Shown in pieces: positions 11,181 to 19,284 of a DNA stretch of 64,000 nucleotides (positions are counted from its first letter, which is position 1; each line of letters starts with the position of its first letter). This DNA comes from Polyangiaceae bacterium (GTDB taxonomy: Bacteria > Myxococcota_A > Polyangia > Polyangiales > Polyangiaceae). The stretch is from the NCBI GenBank assembly GCA_965222375.1, contig CBDCTZ010000016.1, positions 3,136,001 to 3,200,000 on the forward strand, read 5' to 3'. Below the pieces are notes generated by a model, which saw only the letters and a list, made by a program, of their open reading frames with translations, ran no database searches and was not told the origin of the DNA. The translations under genes were made by a program, and so were the position numbers.

Positions 11181-11301
11181 ACGCCCCCATCTCTGCGCTC
11201 AGACGCTCCATTCCTTCCACCAGTTGCTGACTGTTCGCTGTGTTCGTCATGCGGATTCATTCCCACGACGAACACACTCGCTCAACACCAGGCCTGAAGG
11301 G

Positions 11302-11805
11302 TTACACTACGTCTGCTGTGCGACGGCCACGCAGATACGGCGCTGGTGCTCCGACGCCAAGTTGCCCCCCGTCTTTGCGCAGAACGGAGACACGAAGGGC
11401 CTCCCCTGCGCAGATGAACGCCTGGCGTGCCTGCACCTGCGTTCCAGGAATTGACAGTCCCTCGAACCCTATGGTGACGGTGGGCAAGGACAGCTGACAG
11501 GGGCCTGGTACAAGCGACTTGATGTTGCCACCGATCATGTTCGCTAGTTCCCCGATGGCGTCCACGATGTCACTGTCATGCATCGCTTTGGGGGGCATGT
11601 CGAAGAGCGTGGCGGTCATTTGGCGTGCGAGGATTGTCGAGCAGTCCACAGCTACCGCGAGCTCCCACGCGCCGACGATGTGGATGCAACCCGTCACCAT
11701 CGCTTGGGCGCCCGGCGACCAAGCGGGCGCCAAGTCGGGTTCATCTCCAAGCAGCCCAACCCATACTCGCCGTGTAATTTGAGTAACGTCATCCTCTCCC
11801 AACAC
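11302..11805 (-). CDS. cheX: CheY-P phosphatase CheX
   Basis: IHIVGAWELAV, DAIGELANMIGGNIKS (ExxN), LSLPTV; GTG start estimated. Confidence 0.88.
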   Translation of the reverse strand: MLGEDDVTQITRRVWVGLLGDEPDLAPAWSPGAQAMVTGCIHIVGAWELAVAVDCSTILARQMTATLFDMPPKAMHDSDIVDAIGELANMIGGNIKSLVPGPCQLSLPTVTIGFEGLSIPGTQVQARQAFICAGEALRVSVLRKDGGQLGVGAPAPYLRGRRTADVV

Positions 11806-11900
11806 CGGAGCCCCCTGTGCGCCATCGACCGTCCGGCTCGGCGCGGCCCGACCGCGCGCCCTTTGCAGGAGGTACACTATCTTGCTTCGCCATACCGTTG

Positions 11901-11927
11901 GGAACGGTGCGAGTGGCCGAATCTTGA
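11901..11927 (-). promoter_or_regulatory. sigma28-like promoter of cheX
   Basis: TCAA-N15-ACCGTTCC on the minus strand. Confidence 0.6.
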
Positions 11928-11980
11928 GCAACTACTCATGGGTCGAAGAATCCACTGCTTGTTTCGTTGATTGTTCGGGG

Positions 11981-13240
11981 TCAGAGTGCGTACAGGATTA
12001 TCACGCCGCCGTCTTCATCCGTCATCGCTGCGTGCGTTCGAGCGAGCCTGAGCCAGTCGTGTTTCATCTCTTCGACTTCGGTTAGCGCCCCCACTTTCGA
12101 GTGGCAGTTCTCGGGCATCGTGTTGAACTCCGCGCTGAGCACGTTGCAGATTTCTGCTGTGGCTTCGACGCAGCTTTCTGATGGGACACCGTCTTGAAGC
12201 TGCTGTTGAATCTCGGGCGTCGGCAACATGAGCAAGGTGCCACCCCAGCGTGTGATCGCGTTGGCGTTGAGGGCCATGGCTCCCACCGTTGCGTCACCGT
12301 CGTTTCTCAGTTCGCAAACGTATGCCATCTTCCCCGGCTCCGTGGGATGGAGGGCCACTCTCTCCCCGAGCAGCGCGCCGAGTCGTTCGCCAATCTCTTT
12401 CGCCTGGGGTAGCACGAGTGGCACCTCAGGTATCGGTGGCGCGTCGAGCGCACCGGACATCTCCTCGGAGTTGCCTTTGGACGCCTCGCGACCGTCGAGT
12501 ATGTGCGCAGCCGCCGCCTCTCCCTGGTGAGTGTCGACCCTGGCGTGGTCCGCTGCCGCAGTTGCCTCCGTGCTGACCACGCCGTTGTCAGCGGGCGTTT
12601 GTTCCGCTCTGGCTGGGTGAGCTACGGGGCTCCCTGTCGGGGTTGGCTGGACCACCGTGGCGTCCGACTTAGCTGCCGCTGCTGCGTGTCCCGCCCTTGC
12701 TTTCTCTGGCTCCGAGTCAGTGGCGGGCCGGACTTGCTGATTCGGCCAGGAGGAGTGGCCGAATGTCTTCTGGTTGGTTTCGGACAGCGCCCGTTGCCGT
12801 TCCAGTCTTGCCACCTTCTTTTGCAGACTGACCTGAGATTGTCGCAGGAGCATGAACTCAACCTGCAATTCGGCAATCGACGCCGCGTGAGGACACGGAC
12901 CACAACCACTTAGGTCAGCACCTCCGAGCTGCCTTGCGCGCTCGCCGCTAGCGTTGACAAAAGACGGGCTCTGACCCATCGGCATCCAGGCCTCGCCCCT
13001 AGCTCTATAGGTGGAGTTCTGATGATCTGTGCTTCGAAAGATGGCCTCCGCACCAAGAGCCAACTTTCTGCTGCCCAGATTGCGTAGCTTGCTCAAAATA
13101 GCTACGGCCCCTGACACCAGCGTAGTCTCCGGAGAGAAGACCTGGCCGTCGCTCGACTTCAGTCCGGTAACTTCGAGCACCCATCCGGCGCGGTCCCGCC
13201 AAAGACGGTTCGGTTTCTCATCTAGCGCTGTGCGGGGCAT
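11981..13240 (-). CDS. Hypothetical protein: coiled coil, disordered linker and C-terminal CheC/CheX-like domain (true start probably further downstream)
   Basis: IAELQVEFMLLRQSQVSLQKKVARLE coiled coil; C-terminal EATAEICNVLS ExxN motif; lies between cheY and cheX. Confidence 0.6.
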   Translation of the reverse strand: MPRTALDEKPNRLWRDRAGWVLEVTGLKSSDGQVFSPETTLVSGAVAILSKLRNLGSRKLALGAEAIFRSTDHQNSTYRARGEAWMPMGQSPSFVNASGERARQLGGADLSGCGPCPHAASIAELQVEFMLLRQSQVSLQKKVARLERQRALSETNQKTFGHSSWPNQQVRPATDSEPEKARAGHAAAAAKSDATVVQPTPTGSPVAHPARAEQTPADNGVVSTEATAAADHARVDTHQGEAAAAHILDGREASKGNSEEMSGALDAPPIPEVPLVLPQAKEIGERLGALLGERVALHPTEPGKMAYVCELRNDGDATVGAMALNANAITRWGGTLLMLPTPEIQQQLQDGVPSESCVEATAEICNVLSAEFNTMPENCHSKVGALTEVEEMKHDWLRLARTHAAMTDEDGGVIILYAL

Positions 13241-13510
13241 CCACTAGTACAAGAACGGCAGGTTCGACCAGAACCCTGAGTCCGCACTTGACGACTCCCG
13301 CACGGCTCTTCGATCTTGTTCGCCGTGCATCACCTTCGGGACGGGCGGTGCACAGACTACGTTTTCAGGTTTCACTCTGGGTACCCTGGCGCGACCGCAT
13401 GTCGACGGACAGGAGCTCACGAAGCGGAAGTGCATGGGCGACCTTGGAGACAGGCCGATGGAGATTTCGGGAAGCGTGCTCATGCTCGAAAGCCCCCGCA
13501 GTTCGTACTA

Positions 13511-13876
13511 CTAGTCTTTCAATACGGGCTCTAGCGCCGCTTGCATGTCATCAGCCGTGAACGGCTTGGCAAGCAAGAACGTGGCGCCTGCCTCCTCGGC
13601 GCGAGAACGCATATGAGGCGTAGCTTCTGACGTGACGAAGCCGAAGGGCAGTGTGCACCCTTCCGCGCGCAGCTGGATGAGTAGCTCGATTCCTGTCATC
13701 TCAGGCATGTTCCAGTCACAAAGAACAATCTGGGGCGCGTTTGCCCGGATTGCCTTCAGCGCTTGCTTCCCGTTTTCGAACTCTTCGACTACGTGGCTTC
13801 CCGGTACGGCGTTGCGCAAAGCCCGTTTCACGATGTGCCGCATGACTTTGCTGTCGTCCACTACCATAATGCGCAT
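13511..13876 (-). CDS. cheY: Single-domain response regulator CheY
   Basis: MRIMVVDDS, CDWNMPEMTGIE, VTSE, AKPFT. Confidence 0.88.
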   Translation of the reverse strand: MRIMVVDDSKVMRHIVKRALRNAVPGSHVVEEFENGKQALKAIRANAPQIVLCDWNMPEMTGIELLIQLRAEGCTLPFGFVTSEATPHMRSRAEEAGATFLLAKPFTADDMQAALEPVLKD

Positions 13877-13912
13877 TTTTCTTACTTTCGATTCTTGCTG
13901 CCCTTGCATCAA

Positions 13913-13939
13913 GGAACGGCAGGCAGGAGGAATCCTTGA
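13913..13939 (-). promoter_or_regulatory. sigma28-like promoter of cheY
   Basis: TCAA-N15-GCCGTTCC on the minus strand. Confidence 0.65.
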
Positions 13940-14061
13940 GGAATCCAGTTGGAGTATCGAGTACGGCGTCGAAAGGAACATCCACCGTGACGAGAGCGAC
14001 CCTGTCCGACACGACCTGAGAGGACGGGGCGACTCGGTGCTTGCACAGCTGAACTCTGTGG

Positions 14062-15396
14062 TCACTGAGGAAGGGCGGACTCGCGAATGGCTCCCCAGAG
14101 TTCTGCGACGGCGTCGTCTTCTGGGGCGAGTTGGACCGCTAGTTCTGCCTCGAGGCGCGCGTCTGCCATGCGGCCGTCGCTGAGCAAGAGCCATCCAAAC
14201 GTGACGTGGAACGCCGCGCTGTGGATTTCGCCGTAGGCGCGCAGTCGGTCAAAGACGTGGATGCCCCCCGCGTAGTCACCGCGCTCGGCGCAAATACGTG
14301 CGACCTCACCGGCGACGTCGACCCGATCCGGTGCTAGCGACAGTGCGGTGCGCCATGCGGCGGGCGCGTCGGGGTGGCCAAGCAGCTCGGCGGCGTGGGC
14401 GGCAATGCGAGCTGCGCAGGGCTCCGTGGGCTCGAGCTCCAAAGCGCGGACACTGAGGCCGAGGGCGCCGCGGGGATCATCGGTTAGCAATGCGATTTCG
14501 GCCATGGCGGCGTAGGTTGCTGCGCACTCCGGGTCGGCGGCCTGCGCTGCGTTGAGAGCGCCGACGGCGGCATCTCCCTGGCCCAACTGGATCTCGCACC
14601 GCGCTTCACCTAGGTGGGCTTCTCGCGTTGTCGCGGCGTTGCCTCCTTGAGAGCCCCGGCTGAAGGCGTCCCGCGCGGCCTCGAAGTCCCCGGCGTGCTC
14701 TGCCTGGGCGGCTTCGACCAGAGCGTCAGCCCAGAGCGTACGAACTGGCCAGGCCCAGCAGGCGACGAAGCTGCCCCGCTGCATGATCCAACCGTCGAGT
14801 GCCAGGCCAGCCCGGGTCAGCAGGCGCTGCAGCTCTTGGGACGAAAACGCTCGTCGCAAGGGTGCCGTGAGTCGCTGTCGGACGACGGCGCTCGGTTCCG
14901 CGATCACGATCTGCGCGTGTGCTTCGGCTGCCTCGCGCACATGCATCAATACGGCCAGAGGTTGCTTCACGTGGCCCAATACGTCGGCGATGATGACATG
15001 GCTCGCTTGCAGCTCTGGAAAGGGCTGCTCGATGTCATGACTGACTACTTCGACATCGTCGGTGTATTCCCGCGCGAAGACCAATGCTTCGGAGTCTCGC
15101 TCCAGCCCAATGACCCGGCCTGCGCGTCGCCGCATCACACTTGCCCCTTCGCCAGCCCCACAACCGACATCCAGGCAGACACCGCCCCGGCACCGCCGGG
15201 CGAGCTCCGCGTAGAAGGCACGGGTGGGAGGCGCGCCCCCGCGCAAGCCAGGATAGCTCCGGCTGCGACTACGAGGGGTGCGCACGATGGTGCCCGATTT
15301 GAAGTGGGCGTAGACCTCTGTTCGATTGGCGCTGCCGACGAAGACGGGCTCCCGACCGGGCTGCTCGGTGGGCTGCGTGCTGAGGCGCGTTGTCAT
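14062..15396 (-). CDS. Class I SAM-dependent methyltransferase with C-terminal TPR-like repeats
   Basis: CLDVGCGAGEG, DVLGHVKQP, then Ala-rich helical repeats; ATG abuts the fliS stop. Confidence 0.85.
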   Translation of the reverse strand: MTTRLSTQPTEQPGREPVFVGSANRTEVYAHFKSGTIVRTPRSRSRSYPGLRGGAPPTRAFYAELARRCRGGVCLDVGCGAGEGASVMRRRAGRVIGLERDSEALVFAREYTDDVEVVSHDIEQPFPELQASHVIIADVLGHVKQPLAVLMHVREAAEAHAQIVIAEPSAVVRQRLTAPLRRAFSSQELQRLLTRAGLALDGWIMQRGSFVACWAWPVRTLWADALVEAAQAEHAGDFEAARDAFSRGSQGGNAATTREAHLGEARCEIQLGQGDAAVGALNAAQAADPECAATYAAMAEIALLTDDPRGALGLSVRALELEPTEPCAARIAAHAAELLGHPDAPAAWRTALSLAPDRVDVAGEVARICAERGDYAGGIHVFDRLRAYGEIHSAAFHVTFGWLLLSDGRMADARLEAELAVQLAPEDDAVAELWGAIRESALPQ

Positions 15397-15789
15397 CTAC
15401 TTGTTGGCTTTCTCCTTCTGCGCTTCGACCACGGCGACCGCCCAAGCCTCGCGCAGAGGCGTCAGAACTCGAATGACTTCATCCACGACTTCCGGGGTTC
15501 CTTTGAGATTGGCAAAGGTGATCTTGTCCATGCAAAAGCCGTACACGCCTTCGAGGTTGGCGCAGAGCTCTGGGTTCACGTCGTGGTCGAGGGCGATGTA
15601 GAGTTCGGAGACCACCGAGTAGGCCTTGCTCAGCAGTTCGCCCCCTCGGGCTTTGTCGCCCTTTGCCAAGCAGATCCGAGCTCCCTTCAAGAACCGAAAC
15701 AGCCCATCGTACAGAGCGATGAGCAGCTCTCCAGGGTTGGAGGTGTTGGCTTGGACTTCTTGGTAACGGAGCGCGGCTGTTTGCATCAT
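15397..15789 (-). CDS. fliS: Flagellin export chaperone FliS
   Basis: YQEVQANTSNPGELLIALYDG...LREAW; downstream of fliD. Confidence 0.93.
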   Translation of the reverse strand: MMQTAALRYQEVQANTSNPGELLIALYDGLFRFLKGARICLAKGDKARGGELLSKAYSVVSELYIALDHDVNPELCANLEGVYGFCMDKITFANLKGTPEVVDEVIRVLTPLREAWAVAVVEAQKEKANK

Positions 15790-15802
15790 GATGTCAATAT
15801 GT

Positions 15803-15829
15803 TGACCGGCTGCAGGGCGCCGAACCTGA
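15803..15829 (-). promoter_or_regulatory. sigma28-like promoter of fliS, flanked by GTCA-N6-TGAC boxes (15793-15806, 15840-15853)
   Basis: TCAG-N15-GCCGGTCA on the minus strand; two palindromic boxes. Confidence 0.55.
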
Positions 15830-15865
15830 GCCCCCGAGAGTCATTCTTTTGACGCTGAGCGAGCG

Positions 15866-17200
15866 TCAACCACCTGAATACAGCTGGATCAGGTAGTCCA
15901 TCTGCGCGTTCGACGCCGCTACGCGCGTGTCCATGGAGGAGAACTGCTTGCGGAGCAGATCGGCGTAGCGCTCCAGGCGCTTTTCCTCCGCGGCAACCCG
16001 GTCGTCCAGGCTGTCGGCGCGCTCTTCGAGGGTCTCTTTGCGCATGTCGAGCAGTCCGGTGCCGGTTTCCGTGAAGTTGCCGACGACATCCCGGAATACA
16101 TCCATGGCGCCATCGTTTCCGGTCACTCCCGCGAGCATCTGCTTCACGGAGTCTGGGTCCGTTTGGACCGCCGTAGAGAACTTGGCTGAGTCCAGACTGA
16201 GCTTGCCGGATTTGTCGGCGGTGAGGCCGATGCTACCGAGCGTCTGGTAGTTGCCGGAGCCTGCGACGACGGTCTGCAGGGCGGCAGAGAGCTTGGTGCC
16301 GAGGCCTCGCAGCATGGAATCCCCGGCTAGTACCGGATTGGTGGGTTTGATGCTGCCGTAACCCGCCGTGGCTTGGATCTTGTCCACGACGGCGTTGTAG
16401 GCGGTCACGAGGCTTTCGAGTTTGGTTTGAAGGCCGTCGGGGTCTGCGGCGACGCTCACGGTGACCGGTGAAGTCGTCGTCTCGGTCAAGTCGAGGGTCA
16501 GGCCTTGGATGGCGCCGCTGATTTGGTTGGTGGACCGGGTGACCGTGAAACCGTCGATGCTGACTACAGCGTCCGACGCGGCTTGTTTGGTATTGGCTGG
16601 GGTAGTCAGCCCCAGAGTGGTCGTGGTTTCTGCGAAGCTGATGGCGTTGGCGGTACCCGTGTCCTGGCCGGACACCTGCATGTAGTAGTTCGTGCCGTCG
16701 TAGAATACCGAGGCGTTGACTCGCGCGGAGCTGGAGTTGATCTTGCCAACAATGTCCTCAAGGGTGTCCGCCGCATCGATGGTGATGCTCACCGGGCCGT
16801 CGGTACCTACGGTGATATCCAGGTTTCCGGACTGGCCGAGGGCCGTCGTGCTGGAGGCGAAGGCATCCGTATAGGTGCGCTGCTCCTTGGCCAAGCTCGT
16901 GACGTCGATGGCGTAGCTGCCGGGTTGGGCCGTGCCCAGTGCTGAAACTCCGATGGCCGTCGATGAAGACGACGCGGTGTAGCTGGCGGCGTCTGACGGC
17001 TCGTCCAAGGCTTCCAAGGACGTCTTCAGAGTTGCCAGCATGCTGCCCAAGTCCGACAGGGTGCTGACGGCAGCATGAGTCGAGGCTGCACGACTCTTGA
17101 GGGAAGACACCGCACCGCTGGAAGCGCCGACCAGGCCATTGACGATACCTTCCGTATCGATTCCTGAACCGATGCCGCCGAAAGAAATGGTACCGGGCAT
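15866..17200 (-). CDS. fliD: Flagellar filament cap FliD
   Basis: FGGIGSGIDTEGIV N-terminus; LRKQFSSMD C-terminus. Confidence 0.95.
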   Translation of the reverse strand: MPGTISFGGIGSGIDTEGIVNGLVGASSGAVSSLKSRAASTHAAVSTLSDLGSMLATLKTSLEALDEPSDAASYTASSSSTAIGVSALGTAQPGSYAIDVTSLAKEQRTYTDAFASSTTALGQSGNLDITVGTDGPVSITIDAADTLEDIVGKINSSSARVNASVFYDGTNYYMQVSGQDTGTANAISFAETTTTLGLTTPANTKQAASDAVVSIDGFTVTRSTNQISGAIQGLTLDLTETTTSPVTVSVAADPDGLQTKLESLVTAYNAVVDKIQATAGYGSIKPTNPVLAGDSMLRGLGTKLSAALQTVVAGSGNYQTLGSIGLTADKSGKLSLDSAKFSTAVQTDPDSVKQMLAGVTGNDGAMDVFRDVVGNFTETGTGLLDMRKETLEERADSLDDRVAAEEKRLERYADLLRKQFSSMDTRVAASNAQMDYLIQLYSGG

Positions 17201-17231
17201 CTATCAACTACCTTCCGTGTGCTGGGCGTTC

Positions 17232-17276
17232 AAAAAGAGAAAAGGCCGGATCGAGTCGGTTGACCCGATCCGGCTT
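17232..17276 (-). terminator. Intrinsic terminator after the flagellin gene
   Basis: Minus strand GCCGGATCGGGTC-AACC-GACTCGATCCGGC followed by CTTTTCTCTTTTT. Confidence 0.8.
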
Positions 17277-17286
17277 GGTGTTGTCG

Positions 17287-18120
17287 CTATCGTCCGATCA
17301 GCCCGAAGGCCATTTGTGGCAACTGATTGGCCTGAGCAAGGACGGAGATGCCCGCCTGACTCAATACCTGGTTGCGGCTCATTGCGGCGGTTTCCTCGGC
17401 CACGTCCACGTCGCGGATGCGCGAGTTGGCGGCAGAGAGGTTCAGACGCATGGTTTGGATGTTGCTGGTTGCGACTTCCAAGCGGTTCATCGCAGCACCG
17501 AACTTGGAGCGAGCGCTTGACGTTGTCGCGATCGCAGTGTCGATGCGGCCCAAGGCGGCTAGGGCTGCCGTGGTACCGGCACCGGATACGACGGTCGTAC
17601 CGGCCAGAAGCGCGGTATAGCCGACGCCGCCGAAGGTCACCGTGATCTTGTCCGCTGCGGTGTTGTTCAGGCCGACCTGGAAGGTGACGCTGGACGCGGT
17701 CGCGCCGACCACTGCCTTGCCGTTGAACTTCGCCGAGCCCTGAATACGAGTGATTTCGCTCTTCAGGAGTCCGAACTCGGTGTTGAGGTAACCGCGGTCG
17801 CTGGAGCTGAGAGAACCGTTCGAGGCCTGCATGGCGAGTTCGCGCATGCGGCCCAAGGCGTTGTGGACCTCGCCCAACGCGCCCTCTGCTGTCTGGGCCA
17901 TGGAGACGCCGTCTCCTGCGTTGCGCTCTGCCACCGTGTACGAACGGATCTGCGACTTCATGCTCTCGCTGATGGCGAGGCCGGCCGCGTCGTCCGCTGC
18001 GGAGTTGATTCGGAATCCACTGGAGAGCTTCGCGAAGCTGCCCATCAGGGATTTCTGGTTGGTGTAGACTGATTTCTGGGCCTGGAGAGATGCGACGTTC
18101 GTCTGAATATTCAGTGCCAT
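17287..18120 (-). CDS. fliC: Flagellin (277 aa, D0/D1 only)
   Basis: MALNIQTNVASL, LSSGFRINSAADDAAGLAISE, SRIRDVDVAEE, LAQANQLPQ; SD AAGGAG. Confidence 0.97.
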   Translation of the reverse strand: MALNIQTNVASLQAQKSVYTNQKSLMGSFAKLSSGFRINSAADDAAGLAISESMKSQIRSYTVAERNAGDGVSMAQTAEGALGEVHNALGRMRELAMQASNGSLSSSDRGYLNTEFGLLKSEITRIQGSAKFNGKAVVGATASSVTFQVGLNNTAADKITVTFGGVGYTALLAGTTVVSGAGTTAALAALGRIDTAIATTSSARSKFGAAMNRLEVATSNIQTMRLNLSAANSRIRDVDVAEETAAMSRNQVLSQAGISVLAQANQLPQMAFGLIGR

Positions 18121-18190
18121 GGGTAGACTCCTTCTTGGAGAGAACCGATGGCGAATGCCACCGGGGGGCTTCATTGCCCGTCAGTCCATG

Positions 18191-18241
18191 CGAACGGTCG
18201 CTTCGACCCTGGCTTGAGAAAAAAAACGTCATCTCGCTGAC
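18191..18241 (-). promoter_or_regulatory. sigma28-like flagellin promoter with upstream GTCA-N6-TGAC box
   Basis: TCAA-N15-ACCGTTCG (18217-18191); GTCATCTCGCTGAC at 18228-18241. Confidence 0.6.
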
Positions 18242-18429
18242 GCGGGCGCTCTCCCTTAGAACTCCAGGCGAAAGTCCCGGGCAAACCCCCAGGACGCCTT
18301 GGGCGCCCTGACCCGGGATTTTCACGTGGTCCGTCCGTTGGGCGCGGACGTGCCGCGCCCTGCCATCGAGGGCACCCGGGAGTACGGGTGGCGACTCGAT
18401 GTGTAGGTTCACATCAGGCTCCCGGCGGC

Positions 18430-19266
18430 CTAGCCACCGCGGACCAGGTTCAAAGCGAGCTGGGGCAACTGGTTCGCTTGCGCCAACACCGCCACACCTG
18501 CCTGGCTGAGCACCTGACTTCGCGCCAGCTGCGCCGTTTCCTCGGCGACATCCACGTCTCGGATCCGGCTGTTCGCCGCCGAGATGTTGAGGCGCATGGT
18601 CTGGATGTTGCTGGTGACGATCTCGAGCCGGTTCATGGCCGCACCGTACTTGGCGCGGGAGGTCGAGATGTTCGACAAGGCCCCATCGATCCGGCTCAGC
18701 GCTGCCAGGGACGCGGTCGTGCCCGCACCCGCGAGGGTGGTGGTTGCCGCTAGAATGGTAGTCAGTCCGGGCCCGCCGAAGGTGACTTGAAGCTGGTCGC
18801 TAGCAGTGTTGTTGAGGCCAATCTGGAACGTGACCGACGTCGCCGTGTTGGACAGCAGCTTCACGCCGTTGAACTTGGTCGAGTCCTGGATCCGGGTCAG
18901 CTCGTTTTGAAGCAGCTTGAACTCCGTGTCCAGATAGCCTCGGTCCGTGGAGCTCATGGCGCCGTTTGCGCCTTGCATGGCCATCTCACGCATTCGGCCG
19001 ATGATGTTGTGCATCTCGCCCAGTGCGGCTTCACCGGTCTGGGTCATGCTGATGGCGTCGTTGGCGTTGCGCTCCGCGACGACGTAGGAGCGGATCTGGG
19101 TCTTCATACTTTCGCTGATCGCGAGTCCCGCGGCATCGTCAGCTGCGCTGTTGATCCGAAAGCCGCTAGACAAGCGCTCGAAGCTCTTGGCCAGCTTCAT
19201 TTGCGTCTTGCTTATGTTCTTCTGGGTTGAAAGTGACGAAACGTTGGTTTGGGTCACCAGAGCCAT
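18430..19266 (-). CDS. fliC: Second flagellin (278 aa, D0/D1 only)
   Basis: LSSGFRINSAADDAAGLAISE, SRIRDVDVAEET, LAQANQLPQ. Confidence 0.97.
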   Translation of the reverse strand: MALVTQTNVSSLSTQKNISKTQMKLAKSFERLSSGFRINSAADDAAGLAISESMKTQIRSYVVAERNANDAISMTQTGEAALGEMHNIIGRMREMAMQGANGAMSSTDRGYLDTEFKLLQNELTRIQDSTKFNGVKLLSNTATSVTFQIGLNNTASDQLQVTFGGPGLTTILAATTTLAGAGTTASLAALSRIDGALSNISTSRAKYGAAMNRLEIVTSNIQTMRLNISAANSRIRDVDVAEETAQLARSQVLSQAGVAVLAQANQLPQLALNLVRGG

Positions 19267-19284
19267 GGTTGGGTTTCCTCTCGT

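Larger units (their letters stand above)
9586..11232 (+). mobile_element. Degenerate IS21-family element (ends approximate)
   Basis: istA and istB relics; left end TGTCAGC at 9586; direct repeats GCCCAGATTT at 9635 and 9658; weak right end GCTGAC near 11226-11231. Confidence 0.7.

Noticed and set aside
18268..18325. c-di-GMP-I riboswitch (GGCAAAC...GGACGC) near the flagellins
   Set aside because: Wrong strand for the flagellin genes and lacks the GAAA-capped stem; better explained as a plain hairpin between the two genes
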